A stretch of 64,000 nt of DNA from NCBI GenBank assembly GCA_036514715.1, contig DATBWR010000011.1:48102-112101 (forward strand), read 5' to 3'. Positions 9,402 to 18,097 of this stretch are shown in pieces. The notes beneath the pieces are model-generated. The model did not search any database. It was given only the letters and a program-made list of their open reading frames with translations, and was not told where the DNA came from. Source of the DNA: Candidatus Nanoarchaeia archaeon. GTDB taxonomy: Bacteria > Patescibacteriota > Microgenomatia > Woykebacterales > RBG-16-39-9b. How positions within the stretch are numbered: position 1 is the stretch's first letter; each line of letters opens with the position of its first letter. A program made the translations under genes and the position numbers.

Positions 9402-10217
9402 TTAGTCGAAGTCCAGAGTCCCTGGGTTCTTCCAGTCTTCTTCGGTGATGTAGAGAACAGCCAAAGGCTGCTTCAAACCGGGGCGGGTGAAAACCAGCAG
9501 GAAAGGTCTGTTGATGGTGTAGTCAGGCTTTGGGAACTCGAGGGCAGCTCCAATCAACATGGTCCCTCTGAATTCACTCCTGATGTGAGCCCCAACTTCG
9601 TTCATGCGCAGTTTCGTCTCCTGAGACGCTGCAACGAGACTGGTGGGACCCAGATCCGTGGGAGTCTGCATTCCCACAAGGTAGCTCACGTCGTTGTTAT
9701 GACGGAGATCAACCATTGGGAAACAGACCCCGCCATAATCGTAGATCGCCTCTTTCTGCTCAATTAGCGCAGTCGCCAACGATCTCAGCTGAAGGTGGTC
9801 AGGCGCTTCGGCCAGCATTGTCATATACAGGACGTCTTCTGTCTGGGTAGGAAATTCAACGATTGGCCGATGATGCGCGCCCGACATCCAGAAACGGACG
9901 TGTGCCCCCTTCTGAGTGAGACGAACACCTTCCCATTGCTGGTCCTCACGCTTGATCTTGGTTGTACTTCCTCTCTCGACCCACTTGACCAACAGGTCAA
10001 GAACCCCTTTGACAGACAGTTCGTCACCTTGGAGTGAATAGTCGCTTTCAAGGGACCTAATCCCCTGACCAACTTCCTCCCGAACTTCTTCGAAAACCTC
10101 GCTTAGAAAGGCTTCCTGTTCGGTGTTGCTAGGTGTCCAGCAACGCTTCGGTCCAAGTACTGCCTCAGCCCCCACCAAAGCAGCGACGATTGGGTAGGTA
10201 ACTTGTGAAGTGCTCAA
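9402..10217 (-). CDS. hypothetical protein (GC-rich island)
   Basis: 271-aa ORF, about 52% GC, distinct from flanking DNA. No secure family assignment. Confidence 0.45.
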   Translation of the reverse strand: MSTSQVTYPIVAALVGAEAVLGPKRCWTPSNTEQEAFLSEVFEEVREEVGQGIRSLESDYSLQGDELSVKGVLDLLVKWVERGSTTKIKREDQQWEGVRLTQKGAHVRFWMSGAHHRPIVEFPTQTEDVLYMTMLAEAPDHLQLRSLATALIEQKEAIYDYGGVCFPMVDLRHNNDVSYLVGMQTPTDLGPTSLVAASQETKLRMNEVGAHIRSEFRGTMLIGAALEFPKPDYTINRPFLLVFTRPGLKQPLAVLYITEEDWKNPGTLDFD

Positions 10218-10238
10218 AGTTCTCTCCTTAGTGGTGGG

Positions 10239-10607
10239 TCACTGCCCTACTTGGCTGCCTACGGAAGAAAGTTCCGTCATAACCGCCTCGGTCTCCATCT
10301 TGTCGATCACGACAACTCCCGAAGTCTCTTCCCAGTTGTACAAACCGGTAAAGACAACTACCCTGATGTCCGGGTATGCTTGTTTGACCTGGCGAGCTTT
10401 GTCAATCATTCCTCGGGTGAGGAAGATGACTTTGTCTATTCCACCCCAACCGATAAGGGTTTGGGCATCGTCAAAGGAGTTTACGGTTACAGCCTCTGCT
10501 GACTCTGAAACCTTTCGTTGAACTAAACCAGCCCAAGCGTCGTAGTCCCCTCTCTCGGAAGACAGCAACCCCCACTCACCTTCTTTTACAATTAATACCT
10601 TTGTCAC
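10239..10607 (-). CDS. hypothetical protein (GC-rich island)
   Basis: 122-aa ORF co-directional with 9402..10217. Confidence 0.4.
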   Translation of the reverse strand: MTKVLIVKEGEWGLLSSERGDYDAWAGLVQRKVSESAEAVTVNSFDDAQTLIGWGGIDKVIFLTRGMIDKARQVKQAYPDIRVVVFTGLYNWEETSGVVVIDKMETEAVMTELSSVGSQVGQ

Positions 10608-10702
10608 AGGTATCTCCCTCCATTTTCAGATGTACCAATTATAGCAAACTAGTTCAAGAAAATTTGTATTTTATATCAAAATGTTAGAGTAGCGTTTAGT
10701 AA

Positions 10703-10731
10703 TTGAAATTTTAGCCTTGATTTGGTATCAT
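10703..10731 (+). promoter_or_regulatory. promoter for tRNA-Lys (TTGAAA-17-TATCAT)
   Basis: -35/-10 pair ending about 11 nt before the tRNA 5' end. Confidence 0.4.
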
Positions 10732-10742
10732 ATCTTGGTCGT

Positions 10743-10818
10743 GGGCCTGTAGCTCAATTGGTAGAGCAGCGGCCTTTTAAGCCGCGTGTTCAGGGTTCGA
10801 GTCCCTGCAGGCTCACCA
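10743..10818 (+). tRNA. tRNA-Lys (anticodon TTT), CCA encoded
   Basis: Manual cloverleaf: acceptor GGGCCTG/CAGGCTC, D-arm GCTC-AATTGGTA-GAGC, anticodon stem GCGGC/GCCGC with loop CTTTTAA, T-arm CAGGG-TTCGAGT-CCCTG. Confidence 0.85.
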
Positions 10819-10870
10819 AAATCTTCTTTTCGTTTCAAAAATAGATCGCTTCGCGCTCTGCGTTCGGGAA

Positions 10871-10940
10871 CTTAAGCCGCGTGTTCAGGGTTCGCCTTTC
10901 GCCAGAAGGGCGAATGGGTGTGTTGTCCCTGCAGGCTCAC
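10871..10940 (+). repeat. partial duplicate of the tRNA-Lys 3' half, interrupted by a 31-nt hairpin insert
   Basis: cttaagccgcgtgttcagggttcg + [cctttcgccagaagggcgaatgggtgtgttg] + tccctgcaggctcaccaaaa. The flanks are identical to tRNA positions about 33-57 and 60-76. Confidence 0.6.
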
Positions 10941-10969
10941 CAAAAATTTGCTACCGAAGCCCTATAGTA

Positions 10970-10998
10970 TTGACTTTCTGTCCTCTTTTCTCTATAAT
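10970..10998 (+). promoter_or_regulatory. consensus sigma70 promoter (TTGACT-17-TATAAT) driving a roughly 210-nt structured leader
   Basis: Perfect -35/-10 hexamers with 17-nt spacer. The leader contains a long-range stem CTTTAGTGCT...AGCACTAAAG. Confidence 0.45.
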
Positions 10999-11213
10999 CC
11001 GTTTGTTACTGTCGGCACAATTAATAGTTCTCCAAAGAACTGCTCTTTAGTGCTGATTTGAATACACTTTCCTCGCACCTTAACAACTTAACTAAGGAGA
11101 GCACTAAAGTGAACCTTTGGAATTGGAGGCAAAGTTACGTTCCACCCAAATTCAGCAGGTAGTTCAACTCTTTCACAAAGCACATCCATCCATATCAGAA
11201 AGGAGAGGATAAG

Positions 11214-12212
11214 ATGAAGTTTGTAGCTAAAGCGGTTGCTTTAGCGCTTCTGGCTTTTTTAGTGCCGTACGTGGTCTTTGCTGACTACGTTACCGACGCG
11301 GCCCAGGCTTTAAAGAAGACGCCCGTCTACGTGGCTCCCGACACCGAAGGGACGGACAAGGACACTGCCGGCAAATTGCAGGTAAAGCTTGCCAAGGATG
11401 ATAACATCGTCTTGGTCATGCTCCCGGCTGCAGCAGAAGCCAAGCTCGGAGCAGATATCACCACAATTGCAAGCCGCCTGTCTGAAGAGCTTGAAAATAA
11501 GCGCATTATCGGCCTTGCGGTTGGCAACAACGTGGTGGGATACGCTCCCATGCTACCTGCGGGTGTTGCAGCCGACCAAATGAGGCGCGCAAGAAGCGTC
11601 TCCAACGATCCAGTAACGGCACTCGGCACCTTTGCTCAGAACATTCACATTTGGCAAAGTGAGAATCCGGAGCCGGAACCATCACCGATCGAGACACTCA
11701 AGAAAGGGGGCAGTTCACTTTTCCTAGTGTTAGGCATTGCTGTCGTCATTGTCCTCGGGGTCGCCATCATGGCTGTCCTATTATGGGACACAACGGCACA
11801 ACAACCTAGCACGGAAAAGATGCACTTCAAAGCTCCCGATCACGTCAAAGACTTGTTAGCAACAATCGCAAGAGAACGTGAGCAGGTCAACGACGGGGAA
11901 CTCAAACAAGTGTTGTATCAAATGTGCGTGGATATCGAGAAATACTTCGTGAAAAGCAGTAGCGACAAGAAGAGGGATGCCCTTTTCTTTAGAGACCGCT
12001 TGACTGAAGTCACTCAAGTCCTGACTAAATACGTCGATGTCCAGGACAATCCGCGCTACTACCGCACCCCCGCTGACGAATTGGCTCTGGCCAAGAAGTC
12101 GATCACCGACTTCTCCGACTACGTCCTTGAGTCTATCAGGCGCGGCACTGCCGAAGACCTGTTTGACTTCAGGGTCAACACCAACATTCTACAGGCTCAG
12201 CGATTTCGCTAG
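11214..12212 (+). CDS. membrane protein with signal peptide, central TM helix and cytoplasmic C-domain (TPM/XpaC-like partner of TelA?)
   Basis: Signal peptide, TM segment 'LFLVLGIAVVIVLGVAIMAVLLW', immediately upstream of a telA-like gene. Family assignment uncertain. Confidence 0.45.
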   Translation: MKFVAKAVALALLAFLVPYVVFADYVTDAAQALKKTPVYVAPDTEGTDKDTAGKLQVKLAKDDNIVLVMLPAAAEAKLGADITTIASRLSEELENKRIIGLAVGNNVVGYAPMLPAGVAADQMRRARSVSNDPVTALGTFAQNIHIWQSENPEPEPSPIETLKKGGSSLFLVLGIAVVIVLGVAIMAVLLWDTTAQQPSTEKMHFKAPDHVKDLLATIAREREQVNDGELKQVLYQMCVDIEKYFVKSSSDKKRDALFFRDRLTEVTQVLTKYVDVQDNPRYYRTPADELALAKKSITDFSDYVLESIRRGTAEDLFDFRVNTNILQAQRFR

Positions 12213-12235
12213 CCACAAGTGAAAGGAGTACGGAA

Positions 12236-13537
12236 ATGACACATCAACCAACCCAGCCCGAAATCCAGGTGTCCCCGCACTTTGCTGCCACCATTCCGGC
12301 GGAACCCAAGCCTACCGCTCAGGTAGCGGAGCTCTCTGCTTTGTCGGTCAGCCCCGAGAAACGAGAGATGCTCGTCTGCCGGCAATTGCTTAAAGGTGAC
12401 ACCCTCGTTAGGGCACAGACAGAAGCAGCAGACGTACTGCCGAAGATGCTGTCCAACACCCAGGTGCTGGCGGTTTTCGGAAACGATGCGCTCGAATCTG
12501 TCAACCGGTTAACCGACCGGATGCTAGACGAGCGCCCTCCGGTAGACGTTCCAGAGCTGCGTGAGGTCATGAGGGATCTTTCCCGCCGCATGCGTGGTAT
12601 CGGCCGGAAGTACGACCCCAGCGACGAAAAAGCACTGGAGAAGTACAAGAAGGCTAAGGGGCGTTTCCTCGGCTTGTTCCGTCTCGGCAGGACCTTCCTC
12701 GAGGAGTTCCTGGACGACATCCGCTCGCTTCAAGGGCAGTGCGACTGGGTCATCGAAAGACTCGATGGTAAACAGAACCAACTGCTCAGAAACGTCACCT
12801 TCTACGACGAGTACTACAAGCTCAATGAGACGGAGATCGACAAGCTAATCTACAAGATCGGCGTCATGGAGATCATCCGCGACATGGCTGCCGAGCAGGC
12901 CAACCGCATCGTTGTCGGCGACTCCAACTTGGGAGACCGCAGCGGCGAAGAGCAGGCTCGGATTTCGGAACTCGTCACCCTCCTTGAAAACAAGATCATC
13001 GCGTTCAAAGGACGGCTTTGGGTTGCATGGGCAATGGCCCCGCAGACACGCAACATGCGTGTTATCCAGGTAGGTCTGTCAGCCCGCATAGACCAGACTG
13101 TCGACATCACTATCCCGACCATGAAGGGAACTATCCTCATTTGGCTCACGTTGGGCGACGCCGAACAGGCGCAACAGTTCAACGCGGCTGTGGAGGACAC
13201 GTACAACCAGGTGCTGACGCTATTCGCGAATGCTGCAAAGGCCACCGTGCCTGCGATAGCAAACGCGCTGGTGACACCGGCTCTGGACCCTCGGACCGTG
13301 GTGGCATGGACCGAGTCTCTAGTGGCCCAGGCCGACGGATTCATTCAGGCGATCGAACTCGGCCAGCAAAAGCGGGCAGAGCTCGAACAGGCGATGATCA
13401 ACGGCAAGCAGGTTATCGATGAGGCTACCCAAAGGGTAAACCAGGCTCAGATCGAGCACGTTCTCGAACTCGCCCGGCAAGCCGCTCAGGAGACACCTCT
13501 TCAGATCGCCCGATCCGTTCCCGCCGCGCAAAGCTAA
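12236..13537 (+). CDS. TelA/KlaA-like toxic anion resistance family protein
   Basis: About 430-aa coiled-coil-rich protein with the overall TelA architecture, paired with an upstream membrane protein as in xpaC-telA loci. GC-rich codon usage. Confidence 0.55.
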   Translation: MTHQPTQPEIQVSPHFAATIPAEPKPTAQVAELSALSVSPEKREMLVCRQLLKGDTLVRAQTEAADVLPKMLSNTQVLAVFGNDALESVNRLTDRMLDERPPVDVPELREVMRDLSRRMRGIGRKYDPSDEKALEKYKKAKGRFLGLFRLGRTFLEEFLDDIRSLQGQCDWVIERLDGKQNQLLRNVTFYDEYYKLNETEIDKLIYKIGVMEIIRDMAAEQANRIVVGDSNLGDRSGEEQARISELVTLLENKIIAFKGRLWVAWAMAPQTRNMRVIQVGLSARIDQTVDITIPTMKGTILIWLTLGDAEQAQQFNAAVEDTYNQVLTLFANAAKATVPAIANALVTPALDPRTVVAWTESLVAQADGFIQAIELGQQKRAELEQAMINGKQVIDEATQRVNQAQIEHVLELARQAAQETPLQIARSVPAAQS

Positions 13538-13606
13538 GCGCGAACTGTCATAGCTCACGAACTAGGTTGTTTTTAAGCAGCCTAGTTCCCAAATCCCAGG
13601 AGGAAT

Positions 13607-14578
13607 ATGATGTTTAGATCATCGATAGTGGTGGTGGCTGTACTTGCAGTCGCTACCCTTCTCCTCGCCTGCACGGACACCGGAGTATCAACAGCCAGTT
13701 GCGCTTTCGTAGTTGGTGATGGTCAGGGTGGCCGGGATGCCAAGCTGCACAAGATTGTCTATCCCGGTCAGAAAGTTAACAAGGGTGAAAATGAAAACGT
13801 CTCTTACGTTCCTTGTAACTCGCGGAACTACATCGTCAGCGACGGGACAGTCAAAGATGCCAACGGAAACGTTGTAGGCGACCGCACTCAGCTGATCACG
13901 GCAACCACCAAAAAAGGCGTGCAGATCGAGTTGGCAGTGACGGCTTATTGGACTCTCAACCAGTCCGAAAGAGCTATGCGCAACTTCTACAACGTCTGCT
14001 TCAAGTACCAGTGTGCGAGTAAAGACGACCAGGCTGGTACCGCCAACAACTCCACCCCTGGCTGGAACGACGTACTGGGTGAGAACTTCGGTCCTGCTTT
14101 GGAGAGAGCAGTCAAGTTGTCTGTCATCAAAGCGAATGACACCATCTGGAGTCAGCGCGACCCGGGGGAGTTCAAGGCTCTTGCGGACAACATCTCTGCC
14201 GCTTTCGCCGACGAGATACGGGCAACCCTTGGATACCCCGAGGATTTGTTCTGCGGTTCGGGAAACTCCACTTGGAGCGACCCGGACAAGCCCGGCGAAG
14301 GAACGTTCACCTGCACTCCGGTGCGCATTGTCGTTGACGACGTGCAACGTGGACTGGTCAGGGCGGATGAGAGCACGCAGGGTGCTGCGGAAATAAATAC
14401 GCAGCGTCTCAAGAACGCGGAGGCACTCTACGGACCTGGTGCGGGATATTGGCTTGCGCTTCAAGACCTGATCGATAAGTGCAAGGCTGCCGGCACAACG
14501 TGCATCATCAATCTTGGTGGTGCAACGACCGGCCCGGCAGTACCCGTCCCCGTAACCACCCCAACTGCTCCACGGTAG
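13607..14578 (+). CDS. lipoprotein (signal peptide with LLLAC lipobox)
   Basis: Strong RBS AGGAGG before ATGATG, lipobox 'LLAC', Cys-containing secreted domain. The fully overlapping antisense ORF was rejected. Confidence 0.55.
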   Translation: MMFRSSIVVVAVLAVATLLLACTDTGVSTASCAFVVGDGQGGRDAKLHKIVYPGQKVNKGENENVSYVPCNSRNYIVSDGTVKDANGNVVGDRTQLITATTKKGVQIELAVTAYWTLNQSERAMRNFYNVCFKYQCASKDDQAGTANNSTPGWNDVLGENFGPALERAVKLSVIKANDTIWSQRDPGEFKALADNISAAFADEIRATLGYPEDLFCGSGNSTWSDPDKPGEGTFTCTPVRIVVDDVQRGLVRADESTQGAAEINTQRLKNAEALYGPGAGYWLALQDLIDKCKAAGTTCIINLGGATTGPAVPVPVTTPTAPR

Positions 14579-14596
14579 CAAGTCAGTTTTAGTTAA

Positions 14597-14668
14597 ACAC
14601 CCTCGCCGAGTCAAACTCGGGTTCCGCCAAAAACGGAATTTCTTTTTAGAACGAGGGTGTCTTTTTTT
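14597..14668 (+). terminator. compound rho-independent terminator
   Basis: Nested hairpins (ACACCCTCG...CGAGGGTGT enclosing CCGAGT-caaa-CTCGG and TTCCG-ccaaaaa-CGGAA) followed by TTTTTTT. Confidence 0.55.
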
Positions 14669-14701
14669 GCTTTAATCTCAATTTAATTCTAAAATAGGAT
14701 T

Positions 14702-15388
14702 GTGGAAAAACTGCAGCGCAAATACATGCTATCTCGTGAGACTCCTAAGATGGGTCTTGCCGAGAAAACCAAAATTCTCTCCTCCTTCCCTATGTTCGAA
14801 GAGACCTCGACCGCAGAACTTAAGGAAGTAGCCACTAAAACCCAACCTGAAGCTATCCTCCCTATGGAAGTTTTTGTGGAGGAAGACCGTGACGAGCACC
14901 AGGCCTATTTCCTTTACCAAGGCGCTGTCTCGGTTTTTCGAACCACCAGCGAGGGGGAGATTATTAACTTAGATCTTCTAGGCGCTCCTAACCTAGTTGG
15001 TGAGGTGGGGTTAATTGAAGATAAGTCAAGCCCTGCCAGTATTATCGCCATCGAAGAAACCCGAGCACTTGTACTTTCTCAAAAAGATTTTCAGGCCCTT
15101 GTGAATAAAAATCCTAAACTGGCCCTAAACTTACTCAAAGTGTTTGCCGACAAAATGCGCGATTTTGATCTTTTTATTGAAGAGCTCCTCTCTAAAAATC
15201 TGTACGAGCGCACCTGGAACATGCTCCAGTTTGTCTCTCAGTATTTTCCCAAAAGGGAAATTACTCTATCGCAGGAACAGTTGACCGATCTTCTCTGGGG
15301 TACAAGATCAAGAGTGACTGAAGTTCTCAACAAACTTGAGACAGAGGGAAAAATAAAAATTGGTCACCGGAAAGTAAAGGTTCTTTAA
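14702..15388 (+). CDS. Crp/Fnr-family transcriptional regulator
   Basis: cNMP-binding-like beta-roll region followed by a C-terminal HTH ('LTDLLWGTRSRVTEVLNKL'). Confidence 0.7.
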   Translation: MEKLQRKYMLSRETPKMGLAEKTKILSSFPMFEETSTAELKEVATKTQPEAILPMEVFVEEDRDEHQAYFLYQGAVSVFRTTSEGEIINLDLLGAPNLVGEVGLIEDKSSPASIIAIEETRALVLSQKDFQALVNKNPKLALNLLKVFADKMRDFDLFIEELLSKNLYERTWNMLQFVSQYFPKREITLSQEQLTDLLWGTRSRVTEVLNKLETEGKIKIGHRKVKVL

Positions 15389-15401
15389 AAAAGCTACCTC
15401 T

Positions 15402-15758
15402 CTAGCCAGTCACGTTTTTGATGAGTTCGATACTCTCTTTACCCAACGGATCGACTTCAATGGCCACCACGTCAATACGGTCACCGGGTGGTAAATTTTT
15501 CCTAACCAAACGGTAAAAGTTCGCGCAGTTAATGATGTGAGAGAGTTTTCTTTTGACTACTGCTTCGGCCGGTGTACCAAACTCTCGGGAGCTGCGGGTT
15601 TTAACTTCGATAAAGGCAAGAGTATCGGCTTCTTGGGCGATAATATCCACTTCACCAAACTTACACTTAAAATTAGTTTCCAAAATTTTGTAACCGCTTT
15701 TTTTGAGAAAATCGACTGCAGCAGCCTCTCCTCTCTTACCAGTTTCAATTTTACTCAT
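15402..15758 (-). CDS. yraN: YraN-family endonuclease (UPF0102)
   Basis: 'GEAAAVDFLKKSGYKILETN..FGEVDIIA..LAFIEVKTR' signature. Confidence 0.8.
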   Translation of the reverse strand: MSKIETGKRGEAAAVDFLKKSGYKILETNFKCKFGEVDIIAQEADTLAFIEVKTRSSREFGTPAEAVVKRKLSHIINCANFYRLVRKNLPPGDRIDVVAIEVDPLGKESIELIKNVTG

Positions 15759-16371
15759 AAAGAAATTTTAGATGATAGTTAGTTCGATGTAAGCCTGACA
15801 AGCCAAACTGGCGAATTGCTTTTTTGTGAAAGGCTGTTCCGTAGCCTTTGTTTTTGGAAAGTCCGTAGGAGGGGAGAAGTCTGCCGAGAGCCCCCAGCAG
15901 GCGGTCTCGATAGACTTTGGCAACAATTGAAGCAGCCGCAATGCTGGCACATAAACTGTCGCCGTGGATAATGGGTGTCTGATTTTTCTTAGCCAGAGAT
16001 TTAATATAAAAAGCGTCAATTAAATAGTGGTCCGGCTGACAATTTAGGCCTTTAAGGGCTCTCCTGTAGGCAAGCTGGGTCGCCTTCCCCAAACCAAGAC
16101 GAACAATTTCCTCAACGCCTGCGATCCCCAAACCAAAACAAACTGCTTCCTTTTTAATAATTTTAGCCAATTGCTTTCTTTTGGAGTCGGTTAGCAATTT
16201 AGAGTCAAAAAAGTCAACCTTAGTTTTGTAGTCTTTTGGAAAGATAACTGCAGCAGCTACCAACGGTCCGGCCCAGGCACCTCGGCCGACTTCATCAATA
16301 CCGACTATAAAATCGTAACCAGCCCTCCAGAGGGAGTTTTCAAAATCGAAGGTTGCGGCAACCTTCCTCAT
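15751..16371 (-). CDS. rnhB: ribonuclease HII
   Basis: 'GIDEVGRGAWAGPLVAAAV' catalytic motif and full-length homology. Confidence 0.9.
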   Translation of the reverse strand: MRKVAATFDFENSLWRAGYDFIVGIDEVGRGAWAGPLVAAAVIFPKDYKTKVDFFDSKLLTDSKRKQLAKIIKKEAVCFGLGIAGVEEIVRLGLGKATQLAYRRALKGLNCQPDHYLIDAFYIKSLAKKNQTPIIHGDSLCASIAAASIVAKVYRDRLLGALGRLLPSYGLSKNKGYGTAFHKKAIRQFGLSGLHRTNYHLKFLYE

Positions 16372-16377
16372 AGCTAA

Positions 16378-16671
16378 TTAGGCTTCAACTGCAGCTCTGC
16401 CGCGTAGATTTCTCAAGTAGTAAAGTTTGGCTCTGCTTACGTTTTTTGCTTTTTTAACCGTGATCTTATTGATAGCTGGGCTGTAAAGGGGCCAAATACG
16501 CTCAACACCAATATTGCCAGAGGCGATCTTACGTACAGTAAAGGTACGGCTAGCCCCTGTTCCGCCCTCAGCGATAACTGTGCCCTCAAAGGATTGGAGT
16601 CTTTCTTTATTGCCTTCTTTAACTTTAACTTCAACGCTAATTAAATCGCCAACTGAAAATTCTGTTTGCAT
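16378..16671 (-). CDS. rplS: 50S ribosomal protein L19
   Basis: Typical L19 sequence (..[24 protein letters not shown]..). Confidence 0.9.
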   Translation of the reverse strand: MQTEFSVGDLISVEVKVKEGNKERLQSFEGTVIAEGGTGASRTFTVRKIASGNIGVERIWPLYSPAINKITVKKAKNVSRAKLYYLRNLRGRAAVEA

Positions 16672-16713
16672 AGCTAAAGCATTTTAAGGAAATCGAGGCC
16701 AAATGTCAAACTG

Positions 16714-16965
16714 TTATTGGTAAAGCGCCTGCAGAATTAAGAAGATAAAGAAACCAATGGCCAAATGCTCAAGGACTTGGGTAAGTTTAAGATTTTTCTC
16801 TTCCCAGTGGTGAAAAACACCAACCGCGACGTAGAAAACGCTTAGCAAAGAAATGATGATTAGTCGTGTTGAAGACTCGTGAAAAACTTCCAACAAGCCA
16901 ATTGCGGCAATTATCACCGCGAAAACTAAGATAAATTCAAAGCTGTGGCGCAAAAAGCTTTTCAT
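16714..16965 (-). CDS. hypothetical small membrane protein
   Basis: 83 aa, two or three TM helices. Confidence 0.35.
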   Translation of the reverse strand: MKSFLRHSFEFILVFAVIIAAIGLLEVFHESSTRLIIISLLSVFYVAVGVFHHWEEKNLKLTQVLEHLAIGFFIFLILQALYQ

Positions 16966-17034
16966 AATCGAATCTGCGAGATCATATCGCGCGCATACAA
17001 TAATTTAAAGTTTTTCAAAACTACCATTAGCGCG

Positions 17035-18012
17035 TTAAAGAACACCCCCGGTCGCGCTTCTTATCAAGACCACTGCCAGAATGACCAAAACACCAGCGTG
17101 AAGTAGAGAGTGGCTGTTTTCCCGAGAATGGCCTTTTCTAAAGAGAACGATAGAGTCAACCACGAACAAGGTGACTAAAATGGTTAGCAGAGCCAGAGTA
17201 GATTTCTGGCCAAAACCCAACCCTTTCCAAAAAGCCCCTAAATTGAAAGCTGGTATCGCAGTTCCGGAAATCTTTTCGTGCACTTCTTCAACGTTAGCCG
17301 AAGCGCTTGCAACCGAAGGTTTGGTTTCTGTTGTCGCCAAGGAGTCTTCTACTTTAGCCGGTTGGCTCCCACCACTGGCACCGCCTGCTGAAGAGCTTCC
17401 CGCACTGGTAGCACTTCCCAAAACTTTCCCAAGGTGTTGGACGACCAAAGTGGTCTCCTCTCCCTGCAAAATTCCATCTTTAACTCCAATTCCAATTTCA
17501 GTGAAATTGGGGTTCAATAAGTTGTCCTTGTGGCTAGTGCTACCCATCCAACCGGCAACTACACCCTCAGAAGTGGAAAAATCCCGGGCCAAATTTTCTC
17601 CGGCCCAAGAGTAGTTGTAACCAACCAGCTTGAAAAAGTACCAGGGACTGGTGCCATCGGGAGCGTAATGGGCCCAGTAATCTTTAGCAAACATGTCGCC
17701 TGCTTTCATCGTGGCCGCAGAATCTAGTTTGGAACTTTCTGCCAGAGGTTGCATGCCTGCTTTAACACGCTCCTGGTTAGTTAGATTAATAACCGCTGCT
17801 TGGGTAATGTTGGTTGCGTAACCTAAAACGCGGGCTCCGGCTACACCCCCAAAGGAAAAAAATTGGATCGCCAAAAGCAAAAAGGTGATGACAAACAAAC
17901 CTTCGTGGCGAATTAAGTAAGCGTGGTGGTTATTGGCTTGGTGAGGAACGAGAAATCGCGCCGCCTTTTTGATCAAAGGGGTTGACGCAACTTTCTCGAA
18001 GAGAGCAGACAT
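17035..18012 (-). CDS. CAP/SCP (PR-1-like, YkwD-type) domain protein, membrane-anchored
   Basis: 'LTNQERVKAG..PL..S.L..AA..KA.DM....YWAHY..DGTS.W...GENLA......GWM.S..H..NLL' CAP-domain pattern, with N- and C-terminal TM segments. Confidence 0.7.
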   Translation of the reverse strand: MSALFEKVASTPLIKKAARFLVPHQANNHHAYLIRHEGLFVITFLLLAIQFFSFGGVAGARVLGYATNITQAAVINLTNQERVKAGMQPLAESSKLDSAATMKAGDMFAKDYWAHYAPDGTSPWYFFKLVGYNYSWAGENLARDFSTSEGVVAGWMGSTSHKDNLLNPNFTEIGIGVKDGILQGEETTLVVQHLGKVLGSATSAGSSSAGGASGGSQPAKVEDSLATTETKPSVASASANVEEVHEKISGTAIPAFNLGAFWKGLGFGQKSTLALLTILVTLFVVDSIVLFRKGHSRENSHSLLHAGVLVILAVVLIRSATGGVL

Positions 18013-18097
18013 GACTTAATTTTACTATTTTTACCTAGCCTCAAGCAAGTCTTTTAGCCCACGTAAAAGTGGTCGCAGGATCCTAACGCAGTGGGTC

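Noticed and set aside
9402-10217. Possible serpin-like protein, from the C-terminal '...NRPFLLVFTRPG...' motif.
   Set aside because: It is only 271 aa and lacks the serpin N-terminal helices and a convincing hinge (EEGTEAAAAT). The resemblance is too weak to annotate.
10871-10940. Second tRNA gene after tRNA-Lys.
   Set aside because: It contains only the 3' half of tRNA-Lys plus an insert. There is no D-arm or 5' acceptor strand, so it was annotated as a repeat or relic instead.
11327-14614. Many long antisense or alternative-frame ORFs. Examples are 13688..14614 (-, 308 aa), 12850..13344 (-), 13018..13422 (+), 12319..12720 (-) and 14013..14396 (+).
   Set aside because: High GC content suppresses stop codons. 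The sense-strand genes have signal peptides, RBSs and family resemblance. The antisense products are low-complexity Arg/Ser/Pro/Thr-rich.
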